A stretch of 34,719 nucleotides of DNA, taken from the UHGV virus genome UHGV-0210061; one strand, given 5' to 3'. Source of the stretch: a virus. A model generated the notes under the pieces. That model searched no databases, was not told the DNA's origin, and saw nothing but the letters and a program-made list of their open reading frames with translations. Both the position numbers and the translations under genes were made by a program. Positions 25,897 to 34,561 of this stretch are shown one piece after another. The stretch's first letter is position 1; each line of letters begins with the position of its first letter.

Positions 25897-27618
25897 ATGG
25901 CGATTGAAGAAGCATTCATCATGCAGCGGGCGCGGCAGCTTTACTGGCAGGGGTACCCGCCAGCGGAGATTGCACGCCTGATGGGTATTAATCAGAACAC
26001 GGTTTACTCATGGAAAAAGCGTGATGAATGGGACGCCACGCCACCGATCCAGCGCGTGACGACGTCCATTGATGCACGGTTGATACAGCTCACCACCAAA
26101 GACAAAAAGACCGGCGGCGACTTCAAAGAAATTGATCTGCTTACGCGCCAGCTGAAAAAGCTGGACAACGGCACAGCAGCTACCCAGCCGAAGAAGAAGA
26201 TCCGCAAGAAACAAAACTATTTCTCAGAGTCGCAGATTGCAGCACTGCGCGAGAATATTCTCGGCTCGCTGCATTGGCATCAAAGAGGCTGGTACGACAA
26301 CCACCACTGGCGCAACCGCATGATCCTGAAAAGCCGTCAGGTTGGCGCGACATGGTACTTTGCGCGCGAAGCCCTGGTGCGCGCCCTTTCCGATGATGTG
26401 AAGTACAAGCATCAACGTAACCAGATCTTTCTGTCGGCGAGCCGCCGCCAGGCGTATCAGTTCCGCAGCTTTATTCGCTCTGCTGCCGCTGAGGTTGATG
26501 TTGAGCTGAAAGGTGGCGACATGATCCAGCTGTTTAACGGTGCCGAGCTGCATTTCCTCGGCACGTCCGCTGCGACGGCACAGTCGTACACCGGCAATCT
26601 GTATTTTGATGAATTTTTTTGGGTCGGCCAGTTTGCCAACCTGAAGAAAGTAGCCGGTGCGATGGCGACGTTAAAAGGGCTGACGCGTACCTATTTCTCC
26701 ACCCCGTCAGCAGAAAGCCATGAGGCTTACCCTTTCTGGACAGGTGAAGCATTCAACAAAGGGCGCAGCCACGGAAAGCGGGTTGAGTTCGATACGTCCT
26801 GGAAGACGCTAAACAGCGGGCTGATGTGTCCGGACAAAATCTGGCGCCAGATCGTCACATTGCAGGACGCTATCGATCACGGCTGGGATCTGACCGACAT
26901 TGACGAAATCCGCGACGAAAACAGCCCGGAGGAATACGACAACCTGTACGGGTGCCAGTTCATCAAAAGCGGTGAAAGCGCCTTTGACTATAACCGGTTG
27001 CTGGCATGCGGCGCAGACGGCTACGACGACTGGCCCGACTGGCGCCCGTATGCCTCCCGCCCGATGGCTGATCGCCCGGTCTGGATTGGTTACGACCCCA
27101 ACGGTGCCAGCGGTAAAGGCGACAGCGGCGCCATTTCAGTCAATGCCGTACCAATGGTCGCCGGTGGCAAGTTCCGCACCGTCGAGACGCTACGCATACG
27201 CGGGATGGAGTTCGAAGAGCAGGCCAATCTCATTATCGGCATGCTGAGTCGCTATAACGTACAACACATCGGGATTGATGGTACCGGCATCGGTGAAGCT
27301 GTTTATCAGCTGGTTAAAAAGCACTTCCCGGCAGCGGTCTGTTACCAGTTCTCACCGGCCAGCAAACGCATGCTTGTGCTGAAGATGCAACAGCTCGTTC
27401 GCGGTGGCCGCTGGGAATATGACCGGGGAGAGCTTGATCTCGTTGGCGCGTTCAACTCTGTTCGCAAGATTGTTACCCCCGGCGGCGTTATCACTTACGA
27501 CACTGACCGTTCGCGCGGCGTCAGTCATGGCGATCTCGCCTGGGCGACGATGCTTGCCACCATTAACGAGCCGCTGGGACAGGAAGGCGGCAGCAGTATG
27601 ACAGTTACGGAGTATTAA
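25897..27618 (+). CDS. P: terminase large (ATPase) subunit P
   Basis: 573 aa versus P2 P 590 aa. P-loop-like KSRQVGATW. GAGGAGG SD. Confidence 0.9.
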   Translation: MAIEEAFIMQRARQLYWQGYPPAEIARLMGINQNTVYSWKKRDEWDATPPIQRVTTSIDARLIQLTTKDKKTGGDFKEIDLLTRQLKKLDNGTAATQPKKKIRKKQNYFSESQIAALRENILGSLHWHQRGWYDNHHWRNRMILKSRQVGATWYFAREALVRALSDDVKYKHQRNQIFLSASRRQAYQFRSFIRSAAAEVDVELKGGDMIQLFNGAELHFLGTSAATAQSYTGNLYFDEFFWVGQFANLKKVAGAMATLKGLTRTYFSTPSAESHEAYPFWTGEAFNKGRSHGKRVEFDTSWKTLNSGLMCPDKIWRQIVTLQDAIDHGWDLTDIDEIRDENSPEEYDNLYGCQFIKSGESAFDYNRLLACGADGYDDWPDWRPYASRPMADRPVWIGYDPNGASGKGDSGAISVNAVPMVAGGKFRTVETLRIRGMEFEEQANLIIGMLSRYNVQHIGIDGTGIGEAVYQLVKKHFPAAVCYQFSPASKRMLVLKMQQLVRGGRWEYDRGELDLVGAFNSVRKIVTPGGVITYDTDRSRGVSHGDLAWATMLATINEPLGQEGGSSMTVTEY

Positions 27619-27620
27619 CC

Positions 27621-28673
27621 TTGAGCAAACGAAAATCCATGCGCGGCAGGCAGTATGCCAGGGAGCAGGCCGATCTCGCCGTCTCGCTAAAAGCTGCACC
27701 CGAGCTGAACTCATTCACATTCGACGGCCCCTGGCCGGTGAGTGGCGCGTATGACCTGCTCGATAACATGTACTGCGCCGATAACGGGCGATACTACGAA
27801 ACTCCGGTTGACTGGTACGGTCTGGCCCGCCAGTTCGGCTATGCCAGCTGGCACCAGTCGGCGCTGTACTTCAAACGCAACGTGCTGGCCGGTTGCTTTA
27901 TCCCGCACAAACTGCTTTCCCGTCAGGTGTTCTCATCCTTCGCTCTGGACTGGTTCGTATTCGGTAACGGCTATCTGGAGATGAGGAAAAACCGGCTTGG
28001 CGGTTCTCTCGGCTTCCGTAACTCGCTGGCTAAATATACCCGTCGCGGCTCCGACCTGGACACCTACTGGTTTATTCAATCCGGGCTACAGGATCACCAG
28101 TTTACAACTGGCTCTGTCTGCCACGTTCTTAGCCCGGATATTCACCAGGAGATCTACGGTATGCCGGAGTATTTCGCCGGTTTGCTGTCGGCTAACCTGG
28201 CACATTCTGCCGACAAGTTCCGCAAACTCTATTACGACAATGGCTCGCATGCCGGGTGTATCGTCTACGTGAACAGCGCAATGGCCGATCAGGAGAGCCT
28301 CGACAAGCTGAAGAAGACGCTAACAGATACCCGACGCGGCGGGGCATTCAAAAACATTCTTCTTCACGCCCCTAACGGCGGCAAAGACTCCGTGCAGATC
28401 CTGCCGTTCAGCCAGATATCGGCAAAGGATGAATTCGTAGGGGTGAAGTCCTCCACCCGCGATGACATGTTAGCCGCGCATCGGGTGCCGCCTCAATTAA
28501 TGGGCGCCATTCCGGAAGGCAACGGATCATTTGGCGATATCGAGAAGGCGGCCCGCGTCTTCGCCGTCAACGAGCTGACGCCATACATGGAAGCCATGAA
28601 GCATGTTAACGACTGGCTGGGCGAAGAGGTGATCCGCTTCAATCCTTACGCACTGCTCGAAAGCACGAAGTAA
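27621..28673 (+). CDS. Q: portal protein Q
   Basis: 350 aa versus P2 Q 344 aa. TTG start 2 nt after the P stop with GGAG SD. The 3' end lies ~230 bp from cos, as in P2. Confidence 0.85.
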   Translation: MSKRKSMRGRQYAREQADLAVSLKAAPELNSFTFDGPWPVSGAYDLLDNMYCADNGRYYETPVDWYGLARQFGYASWHQSALYFKRNVLAGCFIPHKLLSRQVFSSFALDWFVFGNGYLEMRKNRLGGSLGFRNSLAKYTRRGSDLDTYWFIQSGLQDHQFTTGSVCHVLSPDIHQEIYGMPEYFAGLLSANLAHSADKFRKLYYDNGSHAGCIVYVNSAMADQESLDKLKKTLTDTRRGGAFKNILLHAPNGGKDSVQILPFSQISAKDEFVGVKSSTRDDMLAAHRVPPQLMGAIPEGNGSFGDIEKAARVFAVNELTPYMEAMKHVNDWLGEEVIRFNPYALLESTK

Positions 28674-28904
28674 CACCAGGCCGCATCGTCATTTCTGGCG
28701 GTGCGGTACCCGCCAACCCGTATCACCGCCCAGGCCACACAGGCCGCTCACTCACTTCCGAATCCCTACACCTCACCAGACGCCGCCAGCGCCATTCTGG
28801 CGCATTCTCTTGTTCTCGCCACCTGGATTTGCACCAGAAGTCAGCGCGCGACAGGACGCGACTGGCGAACGATACGACCCCCTCCCTTACCCCCTTTACG
28901 CGCG

Positions 28905-28923
28905 CTTGCTCCCCCGCCTCGCC
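28905..28923. other. cos: cos site (P2-type 19-nt cohesive end region)
   Basis: Minus-strand GGCGAGGCGGGGGAGCAAG: the first 12 nt are identical to the P2 cohesive end GGCGAGGCGGGGAAAGCAC (from memory). Located just beyond the Q 3' end. Confidence 0.6.
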
Positions 28924-28944
28924 TGCGCGCTAAACCTGCCTCTT

Positions 28945-29036
28945 TTTGTGCACTTTGTGCAAACCGCCAAACCCTTGCCAGTGCTGGCTCTGCATAGCAA
29001 AAACGACGTTTTAAAAATTGTGCAAATTTGTGCACC
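28945..29036. repeat. four copies of TTGTGCA in two tandem pairs (28945-28963 and 29017-29036), ~10-bp spacing within pairs
   Basis: TTTGTGCACTTTGTGCAAA and ATTGTGCAAATTTGTGCACC, one helical turn apart within each pair; between cos and the 3' end of the HNH gene. Confidence 0.4.
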
Positions 29037-29068
29037 TTTATGCGCCTCAAGATATGTCGTTCAGACAT

Positions 29069-29785
29069 TTACCTTATAACGCTAGGAAACTCTGCAGATT
29101 TCTTTATTACGAGCCGCCTTGAATGCAACCTCCTAATTATTTCATTCAGGTATATTTGTGGTATATCAATAAAATCCTGATCGTTCTCATAGCTATCATT
29201 CACAAGAACCTGCTGTTCAATTGCATTAATTGTATCAATATCTTCAGTACCGTACGACTCAACAAATGAATATCTTGATAATTTGCAGGTAATAATGGTC
29301 TCGAGTCCTTTATCTGTAAGGTATGTATACGCATAATAATTCCCTACCTTCTCTATTTCTATGTTATCACTGTATCGATCAAAGTGTGGATGGATAATAG
29401 AGAATTGTTTTTCATCCTGCGGGTATTTATATCTTAAAAACTGGTTTTCATCCATCAATGGGATCTTATTGCTTTTAAATCCATTGCACTCCTTACAGGC
29501 TAAAATTAAATTCAATGGTTGAAATAAAAACTGTGGGTAACGATCCTTTGGTAAAATATGATCAATGTCCCACGATAAACCATGAGAAGTATGATTATGC
29601 ATTCTGCAATAAGCACATAAATGCCCTTGTTCTTTTAAATAATGCTTTCTTATCTCTTTTCGGATAATAGATATAGTTCCCTTCGTCCCCTCCCATACTC
29701 GAAAATCCACCCGATCATATCGATTGTACTTTAATATAAACTTTCTACTTTTTTTTGAAAACTTTATTTTTTTTGAAATCCTCAT
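29069..29785 (-). CDS. HNH endonuclease (PtuB-like)
   Basis: CAYCRMHNH…DIDHILPKDRYP…NLILACKECNGFKSNK (CxxC…HNH…DH…N…CxxC). ATG at 29785 with GAGG SD, 5 nt after the ATPase stop. Roughly 30% GC. Confidence 0.8.
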   Translation of the reverse strand: MRISKKIKFSKKSRKFILKYNRYDRVDFRVWEGTKGTISIIRKEIRKHYLKEQGHLCAYCRMHNHTSHGLSWDIDHILPKDRYPQFLFQPLNLILACKECNGFKSNKIPLMDENQFLRYKYPQDEKQFSIIHPHFDRYSDNIEIEKVGNYYAYTYLTDKGLETIITCKLSRYSFVESYGTEDIDTINAIEQQVLVNDSYENDQDFIDIPQIYLNEIIRRLHSRRLVIKKSAEFPSVIR

Positions 29786-29792
29786 AAAAACC

Positions 29793-31370
29793 TCACATAG
29801 AGAACATGCCAATGGCCTGCTTTAACAAATGTTCAATGGTATTATTCTCGCTCCTTTCGCTAAAAACATCCTTATTTAATTCAAACATTTTAATTGCTCT
29901 ATCTAAAAATTGAATTTCATTTCCAGACAATTCTTTTCTGATATTTTGCTTTGCAATTATAGTGGTAAGCATTCTTATGACATATTCGTTATGTTCTCCG
30001 GGATAATTTAACGTTGCAAAAAGTTGGTAGTCTGATGATTTACCCCTAACAATGGACCCAGGAATAGCACCCTGATCACTACCAAGAATTGCTACACTAG
30101 AGTTATCCCTAGGGAGACTACTCACAACCTGGGGGGAATGCGTTGCAATAATAAAATGGCATCCTTTGTAATTAATGAAACATCGCTGTAACTCAGGAAT
30201 GATTTTTTTTTGCCACGCAGGGTGCAAGCTTATCTCTGGCTCGTCAATCATGATTATAGTGTTATCTTCAATCTCACTATTAATCCTCAACAGCATAAGA
30301 AAAATACATAACTCACCGGAACTCATTTTATCCGATTCTACCAAATGATCACCTTTCTTGAATGTTAGATGTTCAACATTTACTATTCTCATTTCTGATA
30401 AAAATAACATATCCTTTATTAAACCTTCCTCGAGAATTGTATTCTCATCAAAAGAAAAGGTTACAAATGGCGAACCCATCACAAAAAACATACCATCCTC
30501 ATCATCACGAAAATGACTCCGAGTTTCTTCATCAAGTAATCCACAAAAATATTTCAGCATTCTCTCTGTAGTATGAATCATTTCATCAGTTATAACTGTT
30601 GCATTCCCTTCTTCATCATGAGGGACTATCTTCTTCAAACTTTCTTTAAATTTTTCCAAATCCTTTATGCCGTCTAGATTTGCGCCTGCGAGATAATGAT
30701 TCACTGTTAAAACTAAAGTAACATTTTCAGTCACTCCAAAACTTCGCATAAAAGCCATAGAACGAATATAATTTACTTTATCAGTAAATAGCAGTTTTAT
30801 GACCTCATGACCTAAAACTTTATTAATAAAACTATCATCAGAAAAACCACCGAATTTTAAAACATCTTTAGAAAGAGATAGGTTTTTATACTTATCAGGA
30901 TCATGAAAAGGGAACGAATGAGATTGACCAAAACCTTCAATAAAACGATTAAATAAGCTATTGGAAACACATATTAATTTCGGATGCAATTCTTTATCTG
31001 CAACTGTAATTGACGAAGAAACACTTCCGTCATCATGGATTGTTAAATCATTTAATATGCCGCCCACATAATAGCTGAAACTTAATGATGAAAAAGGAAT
31101 ACTTGTCCTTAAAATATGTTTTGAATACTTAAATTGTTTTTGAAACTGTTCTTCGTGAACAGGATAAAGCTCAATAAAAAAAATACAGAATGACATTATC
31201 TCCAACGCTCGACTTTTTCCAACTCCATTCTTCCCTGTAAGAACAGAAAAATAATTATCATCATTTTGGATTACAGGATCATGAACTAAACTCACAGATA
31301 AATCATCCACGACAAAACTGTTAATAAGCACTCTACTATTCATAATTAACTCACTTAAATTTAAATTCAT
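29793..31370 (-). CDS. ABC/OLD-type ATPase (AAA_15/21-like; PtuA-like)
   Basis: Walker A LTGKNGVGKSR; Walker B IIMIDEPEISLHP; H-loop region IIATHSPQVV. 525 aa. Very AT-rich. Starts 60 nt after the gene A stop. Confidence 0.8.
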   Translation of the reverse strand: MNLNLSELIMNSRVLINSFVVDDLSVSLVHDPVIQNDDNYFSVLTGKNGVGKSRALEIMSFCIFFIELYPVHEEQFQKQFKYSKHILRTSIPFSSLSFSYYVGGILNDLTIHDDGSVSSSITVADKELHPKLICVSNSLFNRFIEGFGQSHSFPFHDPDKYKNLSLSKDVLKFGGFSDDSFINKVLGHEVIKLLFTDKVNYIRSMAFMRSFGVTENVTLVLTVNHYLAGANLDGIKDLEKFKESLKKIVPHDEEGNATVITDEMIHTTERMLKYFCGLLDEETRSHFRDDEDGMFFVMGSPFVTFSFDENTILEEGLIKDMLFLSEMRIVNVEHLTFKKGDHLVESDKMSSGELCIFLMLLRINSEIEDNTIIMIDEPEISLHPAWQKKIIPELQRCFINYKGCHFIIATHSPQVVSSLPRDNSSVAILGSDQGAIPGSIVRGKSSDYQLFATLNYPGEHNEYVIRMLTTIIAKQNIRKELSGNEIQFLDRAIKMFELNKDVFSERSENNTIEHLLKQAIGMFSM

Positions 31371-31431
31371 TAATAGTTATAGCGATACTTCTTCTTTAAT
31401 TCAAGATAAAAGAGATAATACACCTCACTGA

Positions 31432-34071
31432 CTAAGGGTTTTTAGCTGTGCTTCTATTCACAACTTTTAGCAAGCGAATCATTAGATGGTGTAGATAGAC
31501 AAGCTCTTGATGAGATTTACTTTCATGATTACCATTATATAAGATTCTCTCTCTTAATATACCGTTATAAACACTAAACAATCTACCATTGCGGCGTATA
31601 AAAGCTCCAGCAGCAACTGATTTCACAACTTGATCACTGACGAAAATCCGGCAGTCGCGGAGCTGCGCGCCGATGCTGGCGATCATCTCTTCGGAGATGC
31701 CGTGTTTTTGCGTCGCTTCTTCTTGCTGCGCCTGACGCAATGCTGCCTCTGCTTTTTTCTTCTGATACTCCGCAACCGCAGCCGCGTAGTTATCTGCGCG
31801 CCGTTCCGCCTCGATCCGCAGTTGCTCGCGCCAGCGCTGCTCGGCCTCTTCTGCCGTCAGACTCATGTCTTTCGCGGCGGTGACTTTTGGCCCCCATGTA
31901 AGCGCGGTTTCGTCATCAATCGACGTGCGCAAGCCGCGCGCGGTACGCGTGAAGGCTTGATCTGAGCTTTCCCGAGCGGATTTTCTTAGCCTGCTGGTGA
32001 TCTCCTGCCTTTGCTGGCGTGAGTATCGCCTCAAAACATCGATATTCAGCGGAAGTTCTATCACTGAACTGTCGTCTTGAGCGGTTTTATCAGCTGGCAC
32101 TGCCTTTTCTGACGGTGGTTTTTCATCCAAAACAGAGCGCCCCGTACAGTTATTGACAGAACTCCGAGGGGCCGCTGCGCGGCCTTCTAAGGTCAAATTC
32201 TCGACCGGCGACGGCTTACGCTTCGGCACAATCTTGTAATCGGTGGTGCGGGTGAAAATGACAGAATCACCGCCCGAATACGGGCAGTAGATACCAGTGA
32301 TTTTGGCGACCGTGTCACCATAATCGTTGCCATCCTCGGTGTATTCGTAGTTGAGGCGAACGCGCAGGCAATCTCGCGGAACAAATGGGCCACCCTGGGC
32401 GTTGGTGTATCCCGGCCAGTCCGGCGCATCAGCTGCCGCGCGGGCCGCTTCAAGTTCCGGATGCAATACCAGCTCACGGCTACCCAACCGGCGCAGCTCG
32501 CGCCAGGTAGTAACGGGAGCGCCTCCAATCTGCTGAAACTGGCGAATGCTCCAACGAGAAGCCCACGCCCGAACGCGCTTTGCCATCTCCTTGACTGGCT
32601 GGCCGGACTCGTCGTCTAACTCGCCATCCATGCCGTAACCGTCGATATTCTTTGAGATGTATTTCGCGATGTATCCCGTCGCTGAGCCAAATTTTTCATC
32701 AATCGGCGTGACGGTAAAACGGTGCTCTTGAGCGCCTGGCTCGCCACCGTCTTCACGCAGCGCATGTTTGCGGAAAATAGCCGTGGCGTACTCAGCCTCT
32801 TCTGGTCGCAGGAATAACAACAGGTGCCAGTGTGGGGTTCCATCATGATGCGGTTCGGCAACACGAAAACCAAAGGTGCGAATGCCTTCGCGCCCCCATT
32901 TGGCACGGACGCGCGACCATACTTTGCAGAGGTATTTCTGAGTTTTGCGCGGGCTGGCGTCGCGGTATTTATCGTTTCGCTTCCCGGATTGCACATGCGT
33001 TGAGTGATAACGCGACGGCGCAGTCAAGGTGTAGAACATGCCGACCAGGCCCATTTCGTTAGCCATATCTTCAAACCCGCGCATGCGTACCATCAGCTCA
33101 TGGCGCGCGATCTTCGGGTTGGATACGCTACCCATGACCTTATCCAGCAAAGAACTACGCTCGCCGGTGTCCTGGTCTTCCAGCTCCATCGCATTAAGAA
33201 ATTCAAGGTTTGCTTTTTTCTGGGCTATCCACTCTTTGAAGCACGGATCAGAACAATACGGCGAGGCTACCTTACTGACATAGCCAGCGGCGATCATGAG
33301 GTGCTCGCGCCAGCAGTCATGGATCCGGCGGATTTTACCTAACCACCACTTTTCTGACTGAAGGCGCGCAACGGCACGCAGCGCCTCTTCGGCCTCCAGC
33401 TTCTCTTCGCAATACCGGCTCCAGCCAGGGATCGCGATATTGAGCGCTGTCGCTTTACTGGCGATAAATCCGTATGCGTAAAGCGTGGAAAACTCAACAT
33501 CAGCGGTTTTCTCATACTGAAAATCAAACTCGCGCATAAACTCGCTTTTCATCAGGTTGGCGAGCTTATAAGCCAGTCGTTTCAGGCGTTTTTTGTCCGC
33601 CCAAGGCAGCAGGTGAAAATCATCACGGAGGGGCGCAAGGATCGCCGGGAGCGCGGCCTGCGGTAGGTATTGTGCGTTTACCGCATCGACACGGCGTAAG
33701 ACATGGCGTTCAAACGTACTGAACAGCCAGCGCACGGCCTCTTTTGGGTCGTGACGCTCCAGCGATTCCAGGCGCAGAGAGAACCGCTTGCGGATAAACG
33801 CCGGTAGAGTCTGAACCCGTCGGCGCAGGTAGTGGGCGCGTCCCTTGCGGTCGAATGCTTCACGCGCGGCACCTTCGCGCGGGCGCATGGGGGTGCGATA
33901 AACGGTATCGACCAAATCCGCATAGGCGAGCGTCTTCCGCTCGCCTTTCGGGGTGAGATACTCAATTTGAGGATCTGAGACGTGGTTGGGGTTGATAGCC
34001 TGCCGTTTGGCGTTCCATTCCCAAACTAAGGAGGAATAGTCAGACATGATCTGCCTTTTCTGGCTCGCCAT
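31432..34071 (-). CDS. A: replication initiation protein A (rolling-circle nickase, P2 gpA family)
   Basis: EPHHDGTPHWHLLLF and GYIAKYISKNIDGYG (tyrosine active-site motif) closely parallel P2 A. Start ambiguous (TTG 34080, ATG 34071, ATG 34047). ~880 aa versus P2 761 aa. Confidence 0.85.
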   Translation of the reverse strand: MASQKRQIMSDYSSLVWEWNAKRQAINPNHVSDPQIEYLTPKGERKTLAYADLVDTVYRTPMRPREGAAREAFDRKGRAHYLRRRVQTLPAFIRKRFSLRLESLERHDPKEAVRWLFSTFERHVLRRVDAVNAQYLPQAALPAILAPLRDDFHLLPWADKKRLKRLAYKLANLMKSEFMREFDFQYEKTADVEFSTLYAYGFIASKATALNIAIPGWSRYCEEKLEAEEALRAVARLQSEKWWLGKIRRIHDCWREHLMIAAGYVSKVASPYCSDPCFKEWIAQKKANLEFLNAMELEDQDTGERSSLLDKVMGSVSNPKIARHELMVRMRGFEDMANEMGLVGMFYTLTAPSRYHSTHVQSGKRNDKYRDASPRKTQKYLCKVWSRVRAKWGREGIRTFGFRVAEPHHDGTPHWHLLLFLRPEEAEYATAIFRKHALREDGGEPGAQEHRFTVTPIDEKFGSATGYIAKYISKNIDGYGMDGELDDESGQPVKEMAKRVRAWASRWSIRQFQQIGGAPVTTWRELRRLGSRELVLHPELEAARAAADAPDWPGYTNAQGGPFVPRDCLRVRLNYEYTEDGNDYGDTVAKITGIYCPYSGGDSVIFTRTTDYKIVPKRKPSPVENLTLEGRAAAPRSSVNNCTGRSVLDEKPPSEKAVPADKTAQDDSSVIELPLNIDVLRRYSRQQRQEITSRLRKSARESSDQAFTRTARGLRTSIDDETALTWGPKVTAAKDMSLTAEEAEQRWREQLRIEAERRADNYAAAVAEYQKKKAEAALRQAQQEEATQKHGISEEMIASIGAQLRDCRIFVSDQVVKSVAAGAFIRRNGRLFSVYNGILRERILYNGNHESKSHQELVYLHHLMIRLLKVVNRSTAKNP

Positions 34072-34086
34072 GTGCGGCAAACTTTC

Positions 34087-34116
34087 TTGCCCTCAAACAC
34101 AGCAGATGGTTAGTAT
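34087..34116 (+). promoter_or_regulatory. sigma70-like promoter TTGCCC-N18-TAGTAT for the plus-strand gene
   Basis: Lies in the gap between the A start and the 34148 ATG; AAGGGA SD follows. Confidence 0.45.
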
Positions 34117-34147
34117 TGCCAACGCATACAGCAAAAAAGGGATAAAA

Positions 34148-34423
34148 ATGAAAGATAAATATGTAGAAGGAAAAGTGAAGTCCTCCATTGATGAGAAAAT
34201 CTCCGAAGTAGTCCGCAAAGCGAAGGATGCTGAACTTGGTGGCATGCCGATGCTGACAGCGATTCAAAATGAAGCTGGTGATATTTACCGCGTCATTACT
34301 GTTGATGGTCTTGGCGCATACCTGGCTCTCGTTCAAGGCATTGCTAAACTTGGGCTGACTGATCTTCATGCAGATAACCTTAATCCTGGAAAATACGATT
34401 CATTGTTCGTTTTCAAGCAATAA
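34148..34423 (+). CDS. hypothetical 91-aa protein on the strand opposite the early operon, with its own promoter and terminator (moron-like)
   Basis: MKDKYVEGKVKSS…; AAGGGA SD 5 nt upstream. Lower GC than flanks. Strong terminator downstream. Confidence 0.55.
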   Translation: MKDKYVEGKVKSSIDEKISEVVRKAKDAELGGMPMLTAIQNEAGDIYRVITVDGLGAYLALVQGIAKLGLTDLHADNLNPGKYDSLFVFKQ

Positions 34424-34561
34424 GCTCTGGCGGCAAAATGCCGCCTTTTGTTGCTTTTTTGACTTGTATTTATTGACATATTTCCATGCATCAACCTGTT
34501 CCAGCAGCCGATTCATTAGCTCATTTCCTTTGAGTTGATACTTCTCTTCGTACAAAGCCAT
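34400..34561 (-). CDS. possible 53-aa ORF (MALYEEKYQLKGNELMNRLLEQVDAWKY…) with strong AAGGAG SD; runs through the terminator hairpin
   Basis: ATG at 34561 with AAAGGAGAAAACTAA upstream. However, the coding region overlaps the convergent plus-strand gene end and terminator, so it may be spurious. Confidence 0.3.
   Translation of the reverse strand: MALYEEKYQLKGNELMNRLLEQVDAWKYVNKYKSKKQQKAAFCRQSLLLENEQ
34429..34460 (+). terminator. rho-independent terminator (GGCGGC-aaaat-GCCGCC + TTTTGTTGCTTTTTT)
   Basis: Canonical hairpin plus U-tract 5 nt after the stop at 34423. Confidence 0.7.

Noticed and set aside
28701-28997. 98-aa Pro/Ala-rich plus-strand ORF spanning the cos region
   Set aside because: Overlaps the cos core; low-complexity translation of a GC-rich non-coding stretch; no SD.
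28674-31431. Retron (reverse transcriptase plus msr/msd) associated with the ATPase-HNH pair
   Set aside because: No RT-sized ORF; flanking gaps are 60 nt and ~145 nt, the latter occupied by cos and TTGTGCA repeats; so called a two-gene system only.
34080-34147. LexA box / tum-like SOS antirepressor for the plus-strand gene near A
   Set aside because: No CTGT-N8-ACAG motif in the promoter region; the protein does not resemble 186 Tum in size or position.
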